A stretch of 64,000 bases of DNA from Entomortierella parvispora E1425 (GCA_020891255.1 BQFW01000014.1:1054001-1118000), one strand, 5' to 3'. Numbered from the stretch's first letter, positions 51,148 through 64,000 are shown. The notes: generated from the letters alone by a model not told the origin. Made by a program: numbers and translations.

Positions 51148-52629
51148 ATGGCTCACTCCTATAGTCCTTTCCCGGACACAAAGTTGACTGATCTCGCCGT
51201 CTCCGCCCATGAGACAAAGGTCGTGATCTCGGAAAAGAATGAACAATCTCTCAAGGATCTCGCTTTTGGATCTGTAAGCTGCACAGTCAGAACCATCTCC
51301 ACTGCTTGTCCTGCTTACGCCACTTCGCTTGCTTACAATCGATTTTTTGCTTTACTCTTTGCAGTTGGCAGGGGTTGCTGGCAAGTTTGTCGAGTTTCCA
51401 TTTGACACCGTCAAGGTTCGTCTTCAGACTCAGCCATTGGACCACCCGATCTTCAAGGGTCCATTCGATTGCTTCCGCCAGACAGTCCGCAACGAGGGAT
51501 TCCTCGGTCTCTACAATGTAAGACGCCACACTCTTTATCTTTTCTGCATGCCAGAGAGCACAGTCCACCGAGGGAATTACCAGCAGTCTCCTGGTTTATT
51601 TGCTCAACTTTTCAATTTGGGATGAAGCTAGTACTGCTTAGCGCTTCCCCACAATTGCCGCAGCGACCCCTTTTCGGGTCGATGCGCACGGTTGTTGACC
51701 AATCTCTGACTCTTCTGAGATAATTTCGATCCTATCACATCTTTAGGGTCTATCCTCGCCCTTGGTCGGAGCAATGCTTGAAAATGCCGTGCTCTTTGTA
51801 GGATACAGACGTGCCCAGGACATGTTGCGCGAGTTTGTCGCAGTGCCAGACCAGAATGCCGTCCCCGGAGCAGAGCCTGCGCCTCTTAGTATCCCGATGC
51901 TTTGCCTGTCTGGAGGCATCTCTGGAGTTTTTGCCTCCATGGTTTTGACACCTGTGGAACTCGTCAAGTGCAAGTTGCAGGTTCAGCAGATCGGCCACTT
52001 GTATACCAAGGATCCCACCAAGGGACCTGCCCCCAAGGCCCTCCACTCTGGACCTCTTAGCGTCATCAAGCACATCTATACCCAACATGGCCTCCGTGGA
52101 TTCTATCTCGGTCATTTCCCTACCTTTCTTCGCGAGACTGGTGGTGGCGCTGCTTGGTTTGGATCGTACGAGGCTGTCTGCCGATTGTTGATTGCACGCG
52201 AGCAACTGACAGCTCCTTTGGGCAAGACTGTCACCCAGAGTGATTTGACGGCTCCCCACCTGATGTTTGCAGGCGCTCTTGCAGGAATGGCGTACAACTT
52301 CATTCTCTTCCCCGCGGACTGCATCAAGAGTCACATGCAGACCCAGGACGAACTTCGTAGCCACGCTCGAGCTGGCCATGGAGGTCAATTCATGCGACAG
52401 GGCTTTATGGCCACGGGCAAGGAGATCTTCCGATCCGAAGGCCTCCGGGGGTTGTACCGCGGATGCGGTATTACTGTCGCACGCTCAGCGCCTTCCAGCG
52501 CCGTCATCTTCTTGACCTATGTAAGTTCCCATGTAATGACCCGATATCGCAGATCAACTAGTCGATATATATTAACACGATTTCGTTTATTTTCTTTCAT
52601 AGGAACTCCTTTCTCGTCGTTTCATGTAA
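51148..52629 (+). CDS. ORT1: Mitochondrial carrier family, ornithine transporter-like
   Basis: Three PxD/ExxKxxxQ repeats ([30 protein letters not shown]); [10 protein letters not shown]; [11 protein letters not shown]; [10 protein letters not shown]. Confidence 0.88.
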
Positions 52630-52852
52630 TAACAGCATCTCATAGACTTCATTGCACATCCAGCATTCACGTTTGCCGAAGGAGGGGAGTTTTTTTTTCT
52701 CCTTCAGTCTCTTACATTATTAAAAAATATCAACTTCACGACCAACTTTTTTTTAAAGTTCACGTGACTACCATGCACGCGAAGTTCTTCCTCGAGGCAT
52801 ACCGTACATGCATTGAAGCATCTCTTTCTTTATTCTGCCTATTGCTGCCACA

Positions 52853-55647
52853 ATGTCGCGTAGTATCCCCTTCGAGGACCCGTTGCTGCATCCGTCAACC
52901 CCACCCATCGAGGCAGCAGCCGCCCCTTCACAGCAGATTCCGGCACCACCAACAAAACAAGTTGATGATGGACCCATCCCATTCGCCTCCTCGCCATCAG
53001 CAGCAGACGACGTCGTCTTTTCTCCGCCTCCATTCCACAGTGCTACTGTTTCCAGCCGAGCAGCAACACCATCCATTACTCCAGCACCAACGATCGCTAA
53101 TGTGGCAAGTGTGCCCGCATTTGACGATCCTCTGCAGTCTGCATTTGAAGATCATGTAGAAAAGAGTCAACAGCCACATCCACCGACTCGTCAGCAAGCA
53201 CTGTCGCCTGATATTGGCATCCCAGCCTCGGACAACAGCATGCCAACCGAATTTCCAACTCATTTGGCATCACCCCCTCTACCACAACGACCGCCTTCTA
53301 TGGGAGGCACGAGCTTTTCAGCCTTTCAAGCGTTCTCAACCACCTTGCAGCCGCCTACTGTCAGTGGGACCCCTGTGTCGACCAATGTTTCTGGAACAGG
53401 CACGCCAATTCAAAACGAGTCCTCCAGCACGATCCCCCTCAACAATGAGAGTACCTTGTCGCTCCCCCCATTGCACCCCGGGACAGTTGGACTGGGTCTC
53501 GGAGCACACGATCATACCACACAGCAAGCGATCTCGGGATCTGGATCAACTGGTCAATGGAATAGCAGGCGGCTGTCTATGGGTGTCTCAACGAATCCCT
53601 CGGGTATCATTAACTCTCGCAATATGCCCGATATGATTCAGGAGGAGCTGAAGAGTCCTCAGCAAGAGTCAGACGCCAGACACTATCCTTTGTCTGATGT
53701 CCATCAAGGCTTCTCGTCCCCCCATCAGGAACGGTTAATTTCCCCGACTGCTCAGCCTCAATTACATATCAAACCCTTGGAGAACATTGGAAGAGAGCAC
53801 TCAGGGTAACGGACATGTCATCTGAACTTGGATCAAGAGAGGATCCGTTAAAGGTCGCTGCAGGTTACGACTGACACTTCTCAACCTTTGACTAGACTTC
53901 GATCTCCGAGCTTTGCTGTACCTCCAAGCCCTATGCGATCCCAAGGATTCCCGATCTTGAACTCACCAAACATGTTTCATGAGATCAATATGGTAGGCAA
54001 GGATGTGATATCCCAGTGGCACTATGTTCTTCCAGTCCACATTTCCATACTCACTCAATTTTTTTTAGGCGGACGCGATGAATGATCTCATGGTGCGACA
54101 TATTCCTGCAGAACACAGGACCTTGCGAGATTGGAGCGCATTGACAGAGGCTGAACAGCGTCAAGCTTCACGCTCAGAAATTTTACATGAACTTACAGTA
54201 GGGACCATTGGGATGAAAAAATGGACACATGATGGCTCGATGAAAGTACTTGGCACTGATATCATTGTCAAATGCATAGATCAACAATTCCTGGAGGGCA
54301 ATGACACGCTATACTCGGTCACAAATCCTCGCGACACCTTCAGACAGGATCGTGGAACTAATCAATGTAAGTAGCGGTATGAAAGTACAGATAGCTCTAA
54401 GAGACAACTTGAACACTGATGCCAGTCGCTCGGATGTTGTGAATGCTTAGCTTTGGTACGCTCGGCTCCTGGCTCTCACAAAACTCGGTCAGTACGAAAT
54501 GGCACAAGCAGAGCTGGATCAACTAGGCGATTTGCGGGGACCCCAGTACAGATTTGAAAGTTATCCTCCGGAAGCCTTCGACTCTAGCCTAGATTTTCAG
54601 ACGAACGAGCAACGGCAAGGAGAATCACGAAAGAGGGGCAGCATCGTGCCATTCGAGCTACTTGTTCTGAAAGCCAGACTGCAGGGACATTTGGGAGATA
54701 TCTACGAAGCAATTGACCAGCTGTATGATCTGGTGCTGCTCTGTAAAAAGGTACGAACGTTTTATACTGGCTGGAGGGCTTATGTCGTCAATAGTGCTGA
54801 CTTTATTCTTCTCTTTGTATAGTTTGAGGCGATTTGTAAAGTTGGCGAGGACATTTCTGGCGAACTACAATGGCTCAGTCTGTCAGGGCAGTTGCATATC
54901 ATGGTCTTAAACTACCTCATCGAGCTCAAAGATTACCCAGCAGCTACAAGGCATGCTCGGGATCTTGCCAAACGATACCCACACGACATCAACTTTCACT
55001 CTGGATTAGGAAGACTTTACCTCCAACTGGGTGACCTGGACAGTGCTCAAATAGTATTTCAAAGAGTCGAAGACCAGGTGAAAGCGTTGCCCGATGATGG
55101 AAAGGAGAAGTCGCATTTCAAGTTGCAGCTGATTATGAACAGGTATAATGATTTATTACAATTGTGCCCCTTACCTTGGACCTCTGTTATTAATGACGAT
55201 CCCCGCTGTTACGTCCTAGGGCTTTGCTTGCTGTTGCTACGGGAGAATGGATCACTGCCAGAGATGCATTCGAGGAGGTGTTGGTTTTGGAGCCCGAAAA
55301 CTTGGTTGTAAGTCTATTGCCTTCCAGTCACTTGGATATGTCTGTCCACTATCGAATGCGATACTAATGATACGGACCTGTGATTTTGCACCGTCGTAAC
55401 ATAGGCAACCAACAACCTTGCTGTCTGTGAGCTGTATGCCGGTCAACTGAACGAGGCTATCCCAAGGATCGAGAAACTGATGTTTGCATACCCTACGTCC
55501 GCCGGCACAAGTGAGCCTCTTGTGTTCAATATGGCCACTCTCCATGAACTGAGAACTGAGGGGTCATTGAAGAAGAAGCAACAGATGCTGGTGGAGGTGT
55601 CTCAATGGGCCGGCGATCAGTTCAATGTAGGCGTATTCAAGATCTAG
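52853..55647 (+). CDS. TRAPPC12: TPR protein, TRAPPC12-like trafficking subunit
   Basis: Long disordered N-terminus; RLLALTKLGQYEMAQAELDQLGDL; VPFELLVLKARL; TPR helices; NNLAVCELYAGQLNEAI; FNMATLHEL. Confidence 0.8.
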
Positions 55648-56571
55648 ATTGCTGTGCTTTGTTGGTATTCTTGAGTACATAATAAATATGGATACAGCAA
55701 CAAGTGTCTGTGCAAAAGGAAGGAAAGAAAGGTGGGAATCCGCGAGAAGAAACAAAGAAGGATGGTTGGAAGGAAGTGAGTAGAGAGAATGTGGTCGTGG
55801 TCGATCTCTTAGATCAATAAGATAGATCGTGATATCGGAGATGCTGTGTCCATTCTTTTCGAGACCTTGGAAAGACAGGGGGTGAGTAAGAGAGCGGGCG
55901 GGACTCAGCGGCAGCACGATCCAGCCGCCCTGTTGGTTCCGAAGGAGATGATCAAGCAAGACGAGACGGAAATCCACACGCGCAAGAAGGACGAGGGAGA
56001 GCGGCCCAATCAAGACGCGTGCTCAGAGGGTGATGCGATCGATGGTGCCATCGCACGGCGATGTTGTGCTTTCGGATTTGTGTGACTTTGTGACTGCTGG
56101 AGGAAATTGTGTCCGAAGCAGGTTGATCAGTGAGAGAAGGTGGGATCAGACCTCACACGCGTTGGGTTAAACTCTCTGTGTGCCTGGCCATTCAAGACAG
56201 ACTGAGATTGTGCAGATATGATCCTTCCCCTCTCCCCCTATGGCGCTCTCTTCAAATGATGCCATTGGCAATCTCGGACATGGCGACAGCGGGCAGCGCA
56301 GACCCTTCCTTCTTCCTTCTTCCTTCTTATAAACTGCTTTCTCTCGGCCTTTTCTTTCCCTTTCTTCTCTTCCCTTCTCTTCCACACTCCTTCCCGCTAG
56401 ATTTATTTTATTCTATCCTTCCTCCCCTTCTTTCCGCACTTTCTTTCCGCACTCTCACGCATCTTTTATATCCTGTATCATATCTCCTCCCCTTCGTCTA
56501 CTCCAGCATACTCTCTTTCTCTTGCCTGTTTGTTTTTATCTTCTGTAATATCCTCTTTCTCTTTGTAAAAA

Positions 56572-59500
56572 ATGGTTTCCTCCTCTGTCGACGCCCTGGC
56601 CCAGGCCGCCTTTGCTTCGTCCGAGTCCATCTTTGCGGTTGATTCGCCCAGCTCACACCCTTCCCAGACCATTGAACGCCTCGGAGATAAATACACCATC
56701 TCGAACCAGTCTCCTGCCGTGACCATCGTACAGGCCAATGCTGATCCATTCCACAAAGTCCAAGAATCGGCCTCGGCAAAGAAGGATTTGACTTCGGTCT
56801 TGGCCACCTCGGATGTTCTCTTGCCCGCCATCCCCCATCTCTTCAAGATCGCCTCCCAGAGATCTGCAGTCGTTGTGCATGTTGAAACCAAGGAGCGGGA
56901 ATCAGAGAACCATCACGGCAACAACAGCAAGGGCGCAACAAAGAGTGGAGTTGTTCCTTCCCACGCTGATTTGATGGCAGTGCGTCAGACTGGATTTGCT
57001 ATCTTGACCTCCGATAACACTCAGACGGCCTTTGATCTGGCCTTGGTGGCCCAGGCGGCTGCTGTTCAGACCAGCACCCCATTCGTGAACGCTGCGAATG
57101 CTTCGGTGACCAAGAACGACAAGGTGGTTTTGGATCATCAAAAGGTTGCACCTGCTTTGATCTCGGAGCTTGATTTGGCTCAACACAAGGAGCGTCAAGC
57201 GGCCGTGAGCGAGATCTCGTTGTCTACTTTGTACTTGAAGCCCACCCCTGCTGCCTCTGCCGATGCCGCCACTGATGCCCCCTCGACAGCCACTGCGACT
57301 GCTGCTACTCCCGAGGAGATCTACAACAAGGTGGAGGAGCTGTTGGTGACTCTTCAAAAGCACACTGGCCGTGCGTACCGCCCTATTGAATACCAAGGTA
57401 ATGCATCTCTTTATTCTTTCCAAACTCCAGAGGTACAGGCACAAGAGCAGGAGCAGAGAAGCAGGAGCGCGGTGCGCGGACACACATCAATCAACCTTAA
57501 CGGCGACAGAGATGCAGTCCGTCGAACATCGAAATCGAACGCCCAAATGACGAATCGGCGGACTCTTTTCTACACACAAATCCCGAGCAAAGTAAAAAAG
57601 ATCAGTCACACGCAGAGTCACTAACTTTTTCTGTGTAATTGCCTTCCCTTGATCCTCACTTAATAGGCCCTGCCAACCCCAAGACCGTAGTCGTCTCCCT
57701 TGCCATCGGATCGACTGGTCTCGAGAACACCCTTCAGGCCCACCATGCCGATGTCGGTCTCATCAAGATCTACCTCTACCGCCCTTGGTCTGAACGTCAT
57801 TTCCTCGAGGCTCTTCCTGCCTCTGTGGAGCGTGTTCTTGTCTACGAGCAGGCCCCTGCTTCCCACACCGCCTGGACTCCTCTCTTCCTCGATGTCTCTG
57901 CCTCGTTCCATTCGGCTGAGGCTGCTTGGGAGGGAACCATCCCCAAGATCGTCAGCGCCCGCTACCGCGGATCCGGAGCCGATCTCTCGCAGGCTGATCT
58001 CAAGGACAGTCTTGCCTCTGACAAGCCTCAATTGATCATCAACCCTAGCTACGTTGCCCCCGCTCACCACAGCACCGCCTCTGTTGTCAGTGAGGCCGAT
58101 GTGGATACCCCTTATCTCCAGATGTTGACCCAGGTCTTTGCCGATCGGCTTAACATTGAAAACGGAATCAAGACAGACTCTGTCTGGGGTGCAAGCCAGC
58201 AATCACCTGAGTTTGGTTACGGTACCTTGGTGACCAAGGTCGCTGCCCGTGCTCGTTTCGCTGAATTGGTCTCCAAGACCGTCCAGGACTCTTCCCTCAA
58301 GATCTCTGAGCAACTCCGCAAGGCTCTGACTCAGTGGCACCTGAACCGATCTGACAGCAAGTTGGCGAAGCGTCATGGTGATGAGGCCATTCTGTTGTTG
58401 CAGGAGGCCAAGGAGAGCTTGGTCGGATCTTTGGCCGAGATCAGCGCTCAGTCCAGCCAATTTGTCAAGCCCTCTCACTGGCTGATCGGTGCCGATGCCT
58501 GGGCCTATGATATCGCCAACTCTGGAGTCCACCATGTCATCTCCTCCAATGCCGACATTAACCTGTTGATCCTCGACACTGAACCTTACACCGCTCGCAC
58601 TCAGAACCCCGAGAACCGCAAGAAGGACATTGGTCTCTATGCCATGAACTATGGCTCGGTCTTTGTTGCCTCCGTTGCTGTTTATTCGAGCTATTCTCAG
58701 GTCTTGCATGCTTTGATTGAGGCCGATCAGTTCCAGGGTCCCTCCATCGTGCTCGCCTACTTGCCCCGCCCTGACGAGGAGAACGTTTCGCCCATCACTG
58801 TCTTGAAGGAGACCAAGTTGGCGGTCGACACTGGTTACTGGCCCCTTTACCGCTGGAACCCCTCTTTGGATGAGAAGGGCGAGGAGCCTTTCCGTTTGGA
58901 CTCCGAGCGTATCAAGCTCGATCTCCAGCAGTTCCTCGAGCGCGAGAACCACCTCTCGCTGATTCTCCAACAAAACCCCGATGTGGCCCGCACGCTTACG
59001 CACTCGATCGAATCCGAGGCCAAGGCGCGCGATGCTGCCTTGAAGAAGAAGGCCAAGGATGATTTCGCAAAGCTGATGGGTGGTCTCGGTGGCCCCCCAG
59101 TCTTGATCCTCTTTGGTTCCGATGGTAGCAACGGTGAGGGTCTTGCCAAGCGTCTTGTCAAGGGCGCCAAGCTCCGCAACCTCTCTGCTCGTTATGTCGC
59201 CATGGATGATGTCTCGATCGAAGACTTGACTTTGGAGAAGCATGTCATCTTTGTTGTCAGTACCGCTGGTCAGGGAGAGTTCCCCGTCAATGCCCGCGAG
59301 TTCTGGAAGGCCTTGAGCGCTACAACCGAGTTGGGTGTTTCCGATACCAAGTTTGCCGTCTTTGGTTTGGGTGATTCTCACTACTGGCCTCGCGAGGAGG
59401 ACGCCATCTTCTATAATCGTCCCTCCAAGGAGCTTCACGCCAAGCTTGTGGAGTTGGGTGCTACTCCCTTGGTCGATCTGGGACTCGGAAACGATCAGGA

Positions 59501-61378
59501 TGCTGATGCCTACGAAACCGCCTGGGCCGCCTGGGAGCCTCAACTTTGGGAGTCTCTTGGATGCAAGCCCTTGGAGGGTGTTGTGGAGGAGCCCAAGAAG
59601 TCGGCTGATGATGCCATGAAGATTGACTCGAACTATCTCCGTGGTACCATTGCTGAGGGTCTTCTCGACGAGACCACTGGTCAGCTCCGCGCTGAGGCTG
59701 ACACCAAGTTGACCAAGTTCCACGGTATTTACCAGCAGGACGACCGTGATCTGAGAGAGGAGCGCAAGAAGCAGGGATTGGAAAAGGCCTTCTCTTTCAT
59801 GGTTCGTGTCCGTGTTCCTGGTGGTGTGGCTACCCCTGCTCAGTGGTTGGCCATGGACAGCATCTCGGATGTCACTGCCAACGGAACCTTGAAGTTGACC
59901 ACCCGTCAGGCCTTCCAGTTCCATGGTGTTTTGAAGCGCAACTTGAAGAAGAACATTCAGTTGATCAACAAGTCTTTGCTCGATACCATTGCTGCTTGCG
60001 GTGATGTGAACCGTAACATCATGTGCAACCCCAACCCCCACCAGTCTGATCTCCACAAGCAGGTCAACGACTTTGCCACGGATTTGTCTGCCCATCTCTT
60101 GCCCAAGACCTCTGCCTACCGCGAGATTTGGCTTGACCAAAAGTTGGTAAAGGGCGAGGCCGTGGTTGACCACGAGCCCCTCTACGGACCCACTTATCTT
60201 CCCCGCAAGTTCAAGATTGGTATGTGAAAAAGTGCTCAAGTTTTGAATTTCTTTTTTTTACCTTTGTTCTCAGACTCTAACCCATTGTGCCTTTTCTTTT
60301 TTCAATGATAGTCGTCGCCGTTCCTCCCAACAACGATGTCGATGTCTTTGCTCACGATCTCGGTTACATTGCCATCACCAACAAGGACGGGTCTTTGGCC
60401 GGTTTCAACGTTACTGTTGGTGGTGGTATGGGTATGACCCACGGTAACAAGAAGACCTATCCTCGTCTTGCCGATATCATTGCCTTCTGCACACCCGAGC
60501 AGGCCATCGAGACTGGTGAGAAGGTCATGTTGGTCCAGCGTGATTTTGGTGACCGCATGAACCGCAAGCATGCCCGTCTGAAGTACACCATTGATGACCG
60601 CGGTATCGAATGGTTCAAGGCTGAGCTCCAGTCGCGCCTGCCCTTCCAGCTCCAAGAGCCCCGTCCATTCAAGTTCCTCGATAACGCCGATCGTTATGGA
60701 TGGACTCAGGGTCAGGACAAGATGTGGCACTACTGCTGTTACATTGAGAACGGTCGTGTCAAGGACACCCCTGCTGAGCCCCACAAGACTGGTCTTCGTG
60801 AGATTGCCAAGATCCATCAGGGCGAGTTCCGCTTAACACCTAACCAGCACTTGATCATTGCCAACGTCAAGGCTTCTGAGAAGGCCAAGATCCAGTCCAT
60901 GTTGGAGCAGTACAAGCTGGACAAGCTCAACTACACCGGCGCAATGCTGAACTCGATGGCCTGTGTGGCTTTCCCCACTTGCAGTTTGGCCATGGCTGAA
61001 TCAGAGCGTTACTTGCCATCGCTTGTGAGCCTGCTCGAGTCGACAATCGAGGAGGTTGGATTGAGGGATGACGCGATCACGATCCGTATGACGGGCTGTC
61101 CCAACGGATGCGCGCGTCCTTATGTGGCCGAGATTGCATTTGTGGGCAAGGCCTTTGGTGCTTACAACGTCTACTTGGGAGGCGGTCATCATGGAGAGCG
61201 CCTGAACAAGCTTTACAAAGAGTCGTTGACGGAGCCAGAAATCGTGGCAGAGTTGACGCCCATGATCCGTCGGTATGCCCACGAGCGTTTGGAAGGCGAG
61301 CATTTCGGCGACTTTGTGATCCGTGCTGGCATCATCAAAGCAACCTTGAGCGGAAAGACCTTCCATGATCTTTCATAG
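56572..61378 (+). CDS. MET5: Sulfite reductase (NADPH) beta/hemoprotein subunit with PFOR-like, flavodoxin and siroheme-4Fe4S domains
   Basis: [12 protein letters not shown]; [14 protein letters not shown] and STAGQGEFP flavodoxin motifs; [12 protein letters not shown]; [11 protein letters not shown]; AACGDVNRN; [12 protein letters not shown]; [11 protein letters not shown]. Confidence 0.96.
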
Positions 61379-62194
61379 AGTATTTTTTTTATATTATCAT
61401 TGCCTCTTTTTTCTGTTTTCATTGTTCATCATTTGCAACCCCACATACCATTATTAATAAATTCAAGAAAAGTAAAAAACGTCTGCTTTATATTGACATT
61501 CTCACCAAAAGACGAGCAGAAACAGACGCCGTGGAAGAGAGCCACAGATGACCAATTCAAGAATTTGAACAAAGGCAATGGCGAACATCGCACGAAAGTC
61601 TCCAGAGCATGTCATGTCTTTGACAAGGATCTCGCAATAGGGTCCTGAGCAAAGAGCAGCAGCTGTCCCTCTCTCTCCTGATTTTCCGACCACTTCTTCC
61701 CCCTGTGCTAGTCCCAATACTAATCCTTCTTCAATGCTCTTTTCGTTTGGTCGTTGGCATCTCCAGGTATGTCATTGGTACAAAATATATACATTTCTCC
61801 TGATGTCGTCCCTCTTCCGCTGTTATCTCTTTGGTTCCCCTTCCCCCTTAACCATCTCTGCAGTATCCTTACTATGGCTTTCTTGATCCCCCCTCTTCCT
61901 TTACCTAGGTGATCTACCTATTTTTGCCTTGAAGCTGGATATGCCCAGCTCGGCATCACTAGTTTTTTCTTAGTCTACAGTGGTTTGCATAGATCATTCC
62001 CCTCCTTTTTTTTTAGTCCTCATCACTCTTTTAGTGTTAAGGGCACCAAGGCAGCAGATGGAGCCACCAAGGAATGGGAGTCACCAAAGAGAGGATCCCG
62101 GATATAAAAGCGCGTCGTCTATTCAATTCTCTTGCCTACAACACAACTCATCACTCAATCATCCCTCAATCCACCTATCCAATTCCAATTCACC

Positions 62195-63040
62195 ATGTCC
62201 ATTCACAAGGGCCGTAATGCCTCAAGCCTCCTCAAGACCTGTGTCTTGTTCATTGTCGTCCTGACCGTACTTCACCTCGCAGTCTCGACCTTTACCGTTG
62301 ATGCCTCCCCAATCGCGCTCGTCAATCGACCAAGCAACCGCAAGAGAACCGAGGGTCCCGTTGATGATCAAGGCGCAACGGCTGGTGCGACAAACATTAA
62401 TGCAGCAGCGAGATATGCTGGAACAGCGGTCAACCAAGCTGCTCAAGGTGTGGGTGATGCTGCTCAGGGAGTATCTGAAGGCGCTAGTACCGTAGCAAAC
62501 GCTCCTCCAAAGGTCTTGGGAGGCACTACTCAGGGTGACCAAGGCACATCAACTGGCGCTGGAGACGTTAGTGCCGCAGCGGGAGCTGCCGGAGAAGCGC
62601 CCAAGCAGGGTACGCAAACTGCTGGCGATGCTGCAAATGGAGCACTCGATGATTCCCGGAGCACAGTTCAGCCTACCAAGAGAGTCTTGGGAGATGCCGA
62701 AGCTCCCAGTGCTGAGGGCGGTGTTGCAAAAGGAGCTGCTGACGGCGCTGTCGGTACCATGGAAAAAGCTGCTTCCAAGGGAAAGTTGGGAGACGCTACT
62801 CAGGGTACTGACCAAGGCGCTGCGACTGGCGCTGAAGGCAATAAGGGAGCGGTGACCAATGTTGGAGAAGCAGCCGATCAAGTCGCCAATGGGGTGGCCG
62901 ATACTGCAAAAGGAACTCTGGTCGGCGCTGGTGCGACTGTGGCTGAGGCTCCTGGGACCGCCGGCCAGACCGTCCACAGCGTCGAAGGAGAGGGAGGGCT
63001 TGCAGGAAAAGCTACAGATGTTATCATTGGGCACCCGTAG
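62195..63040 (+). CDS. Intronless secreted Gly/Ala/Thr-rich repeat protein of unknown function
   Basis: Hydrophobic N-terminal segment (CVLFIVVLTVLHLAVSTFTVDA); KR sites; three imperfect DQG...GA repeats; 281 aa. Confidence 0.75.
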   Translation: MSIHKGRNASSLLKTCVLFIVVLTVLHLAVSTFTVDASPIALVNRPSNRKRTEGPVDDQGATAGATNINAAARYAGTAVNQAAQGVGDAAQGVSEGASTVANAPPKVLGGTTQGDQGTSTGAGDVSAAAGAAGEAPKQGTQTAGDAANGALDDSRSTVQPTKRVLGDAEAPSAEGGVAKGAADGAVGTMEKAASKGKLGDATQGTDQGAATGAEGNKGAVTNVGEAADQVANGVADTAKGTLVGAGATVAEAPGTAGQTVHSVEGEGGLAGKATDVIIGHP

Positions 63041-63484
63041 TAACTAAACCTCCAGACCATTGTTCAGTGGTAGCCATTAGCAGAAATTGCGAAAGGTCAA
63101 AACTCATCCACCTTGCGATTCACAGCCCTTTTGTTTGACTCTGTTTCATCGGCATTCTCCGCCATAGATGCACATCTCATCTATTCAGCCTATTTAGCCA
63201 ACGCAACAACTTTTATACATAAATACAAATGAACGTGTTTGTTCTGTCTACAGGGAAGACACGCGCGCTGACCACAGTTTATCACTCTGAAAGGAACTTT
63301 TAGATATTTACAAGTGATGAGCTTCACCATCAGAAAAATCGGCGAGACTGGAGGGAAAAAAAGATATTTCCATTTAGACAACTGCTTGGAAGGGTTCTAC
63401 CCATGCTATCTATTAAAAAATAGTGTCTAGCCTACATTATTAACCCTTTTGTCCAAGCCATGAAGCAATTGGTATTGGAGGCCA

Positions 63485-64000
63485 TTAAATGAGGATCTCG
63501 TCTTCATCTTCGTCATCTTCGTCATCATCCGACATATCAGATCTGTCCGACTCAACTTCTTCCGCATCGTCCGACTCTTCCTCCCCAAAGATCATCAAAA
63601 GTGGGTCGTTCTCGAGCATGGGCAGCAAGAACTGTGCGTCCTTCCAAAAGTCCGTTTCCAAATCTGGAATCTTTCCTCCACATTCCGACTCATTCAAATG
63701 TTTGACCAATCCCTCCTCACCTTCCTGGGGCTTTAGGCACGAGAAGCAAACACCCAGAAGAGTCTGTCGACGGATATAGTTGACCAAAGAGATGGTTTGG
63801 TAAAAGTTTAGCCCCATACGATGACGTTCCCCATCAAGATCGAATCCATGCGCCTCCTTCATATGGTCTCGAGTTGCCTGGGCTGAGGGGAAATAAGAAG
63901 CCTCAAACAAACACTTTGTCTTTTCTTCTTCCAGAGCATCGTCCCAATCGGCCCAAGAGTCATCCCGACGATCATCATCCGAGTCGTAACGATCGTGCTC
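63485..64000 (-). CDS. PRMT3/Rmt3 N-terminal-like zinc-finger protein without a methyltransferase domain; 5' end lies outside the window
   Basis: WADWDDA..KCLFEASYF..DHMKEAHGFDL...GLNFYQTISLVNYIRR..CFSC...KHL; FLLPMLENDPLL; acidic tail then TAA at 63485. Confidence 0.75.
   Translation of the reverse strand, partial: EHDRYDSDDDRRDDSWADWDDALEEEKTKCLFEASYFPSAQATRDHMKEAHGFDLDGERHRMGLNFYQTISLVNYIRRQTLLGVCFSCLKPQEGEEGLVKHLNESECGGKIPDLETDFWKDAQFLLPMLENDPLLMIFGEEESDDAEEVESDRSDMSDDDEDDEDEDEILI

Noticed and set aside
56059-56091. Cys-containing short ORF (MLCFRICVTL*) upstream of MET5 as a possible sulfur-sensing uORF
   Set aside because: It lies about 500 nt upstream, probably before the TSS, and such short ORFs are expected by chance.
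58203-60239. 678-aa antisense ORF
   Set aside because: Antisense shadow of MET5 for the same codon-bias reason.

Overview
Gene-dense, intron-rich fungal genomic DNA, most consistent with an early-diverging fungus of the Mortierellaceae type. This assignment is inferred from GT-AG introns with CTAAC/CTGAC branch points, C-ending codon bias and the gene set. I can support about 26 protein-coding genes, mostly housekeeping: IPP1, RRP14/SURF6, COQ9, SVF1, THOC5, VTS1, PUS1, ALKBH6, OSH3-like, a DMT/SLC35F transporter, a GYF protein, METAP1D-like, PHS1, PDH kinase, TOM22, a Bqt4-like APSES protein, a GH18 chitinase, an HD-domain protein, EFM7/NNT1, ORT1, TRAPPC12 and MET5. There are also two secreted proteins, a PRMT3-like zinc-finger-only protein, an intact spliced hAT-transposase-derived gene and a U18-like box C/D snoRNA. 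Most interesting: (1) the pyrophosphatase gene appears to encode three targeting variants, a cytosolic form, a CUG/upstream-initiated mitochondrial presequence, and a peroxisomal PKL tail made by an intron whose donor overlaps the stop codon; (2) an unannotated intronic U18-type snoRNA in a non-coding intron between ALKBH6 and PUS1; (3) a possibly domesticated hAT transposase with DDE residues retained, a degenerate CxxH motif and no visible TIRs. Coordinates and splice sites were read by eye and no database searches were run.
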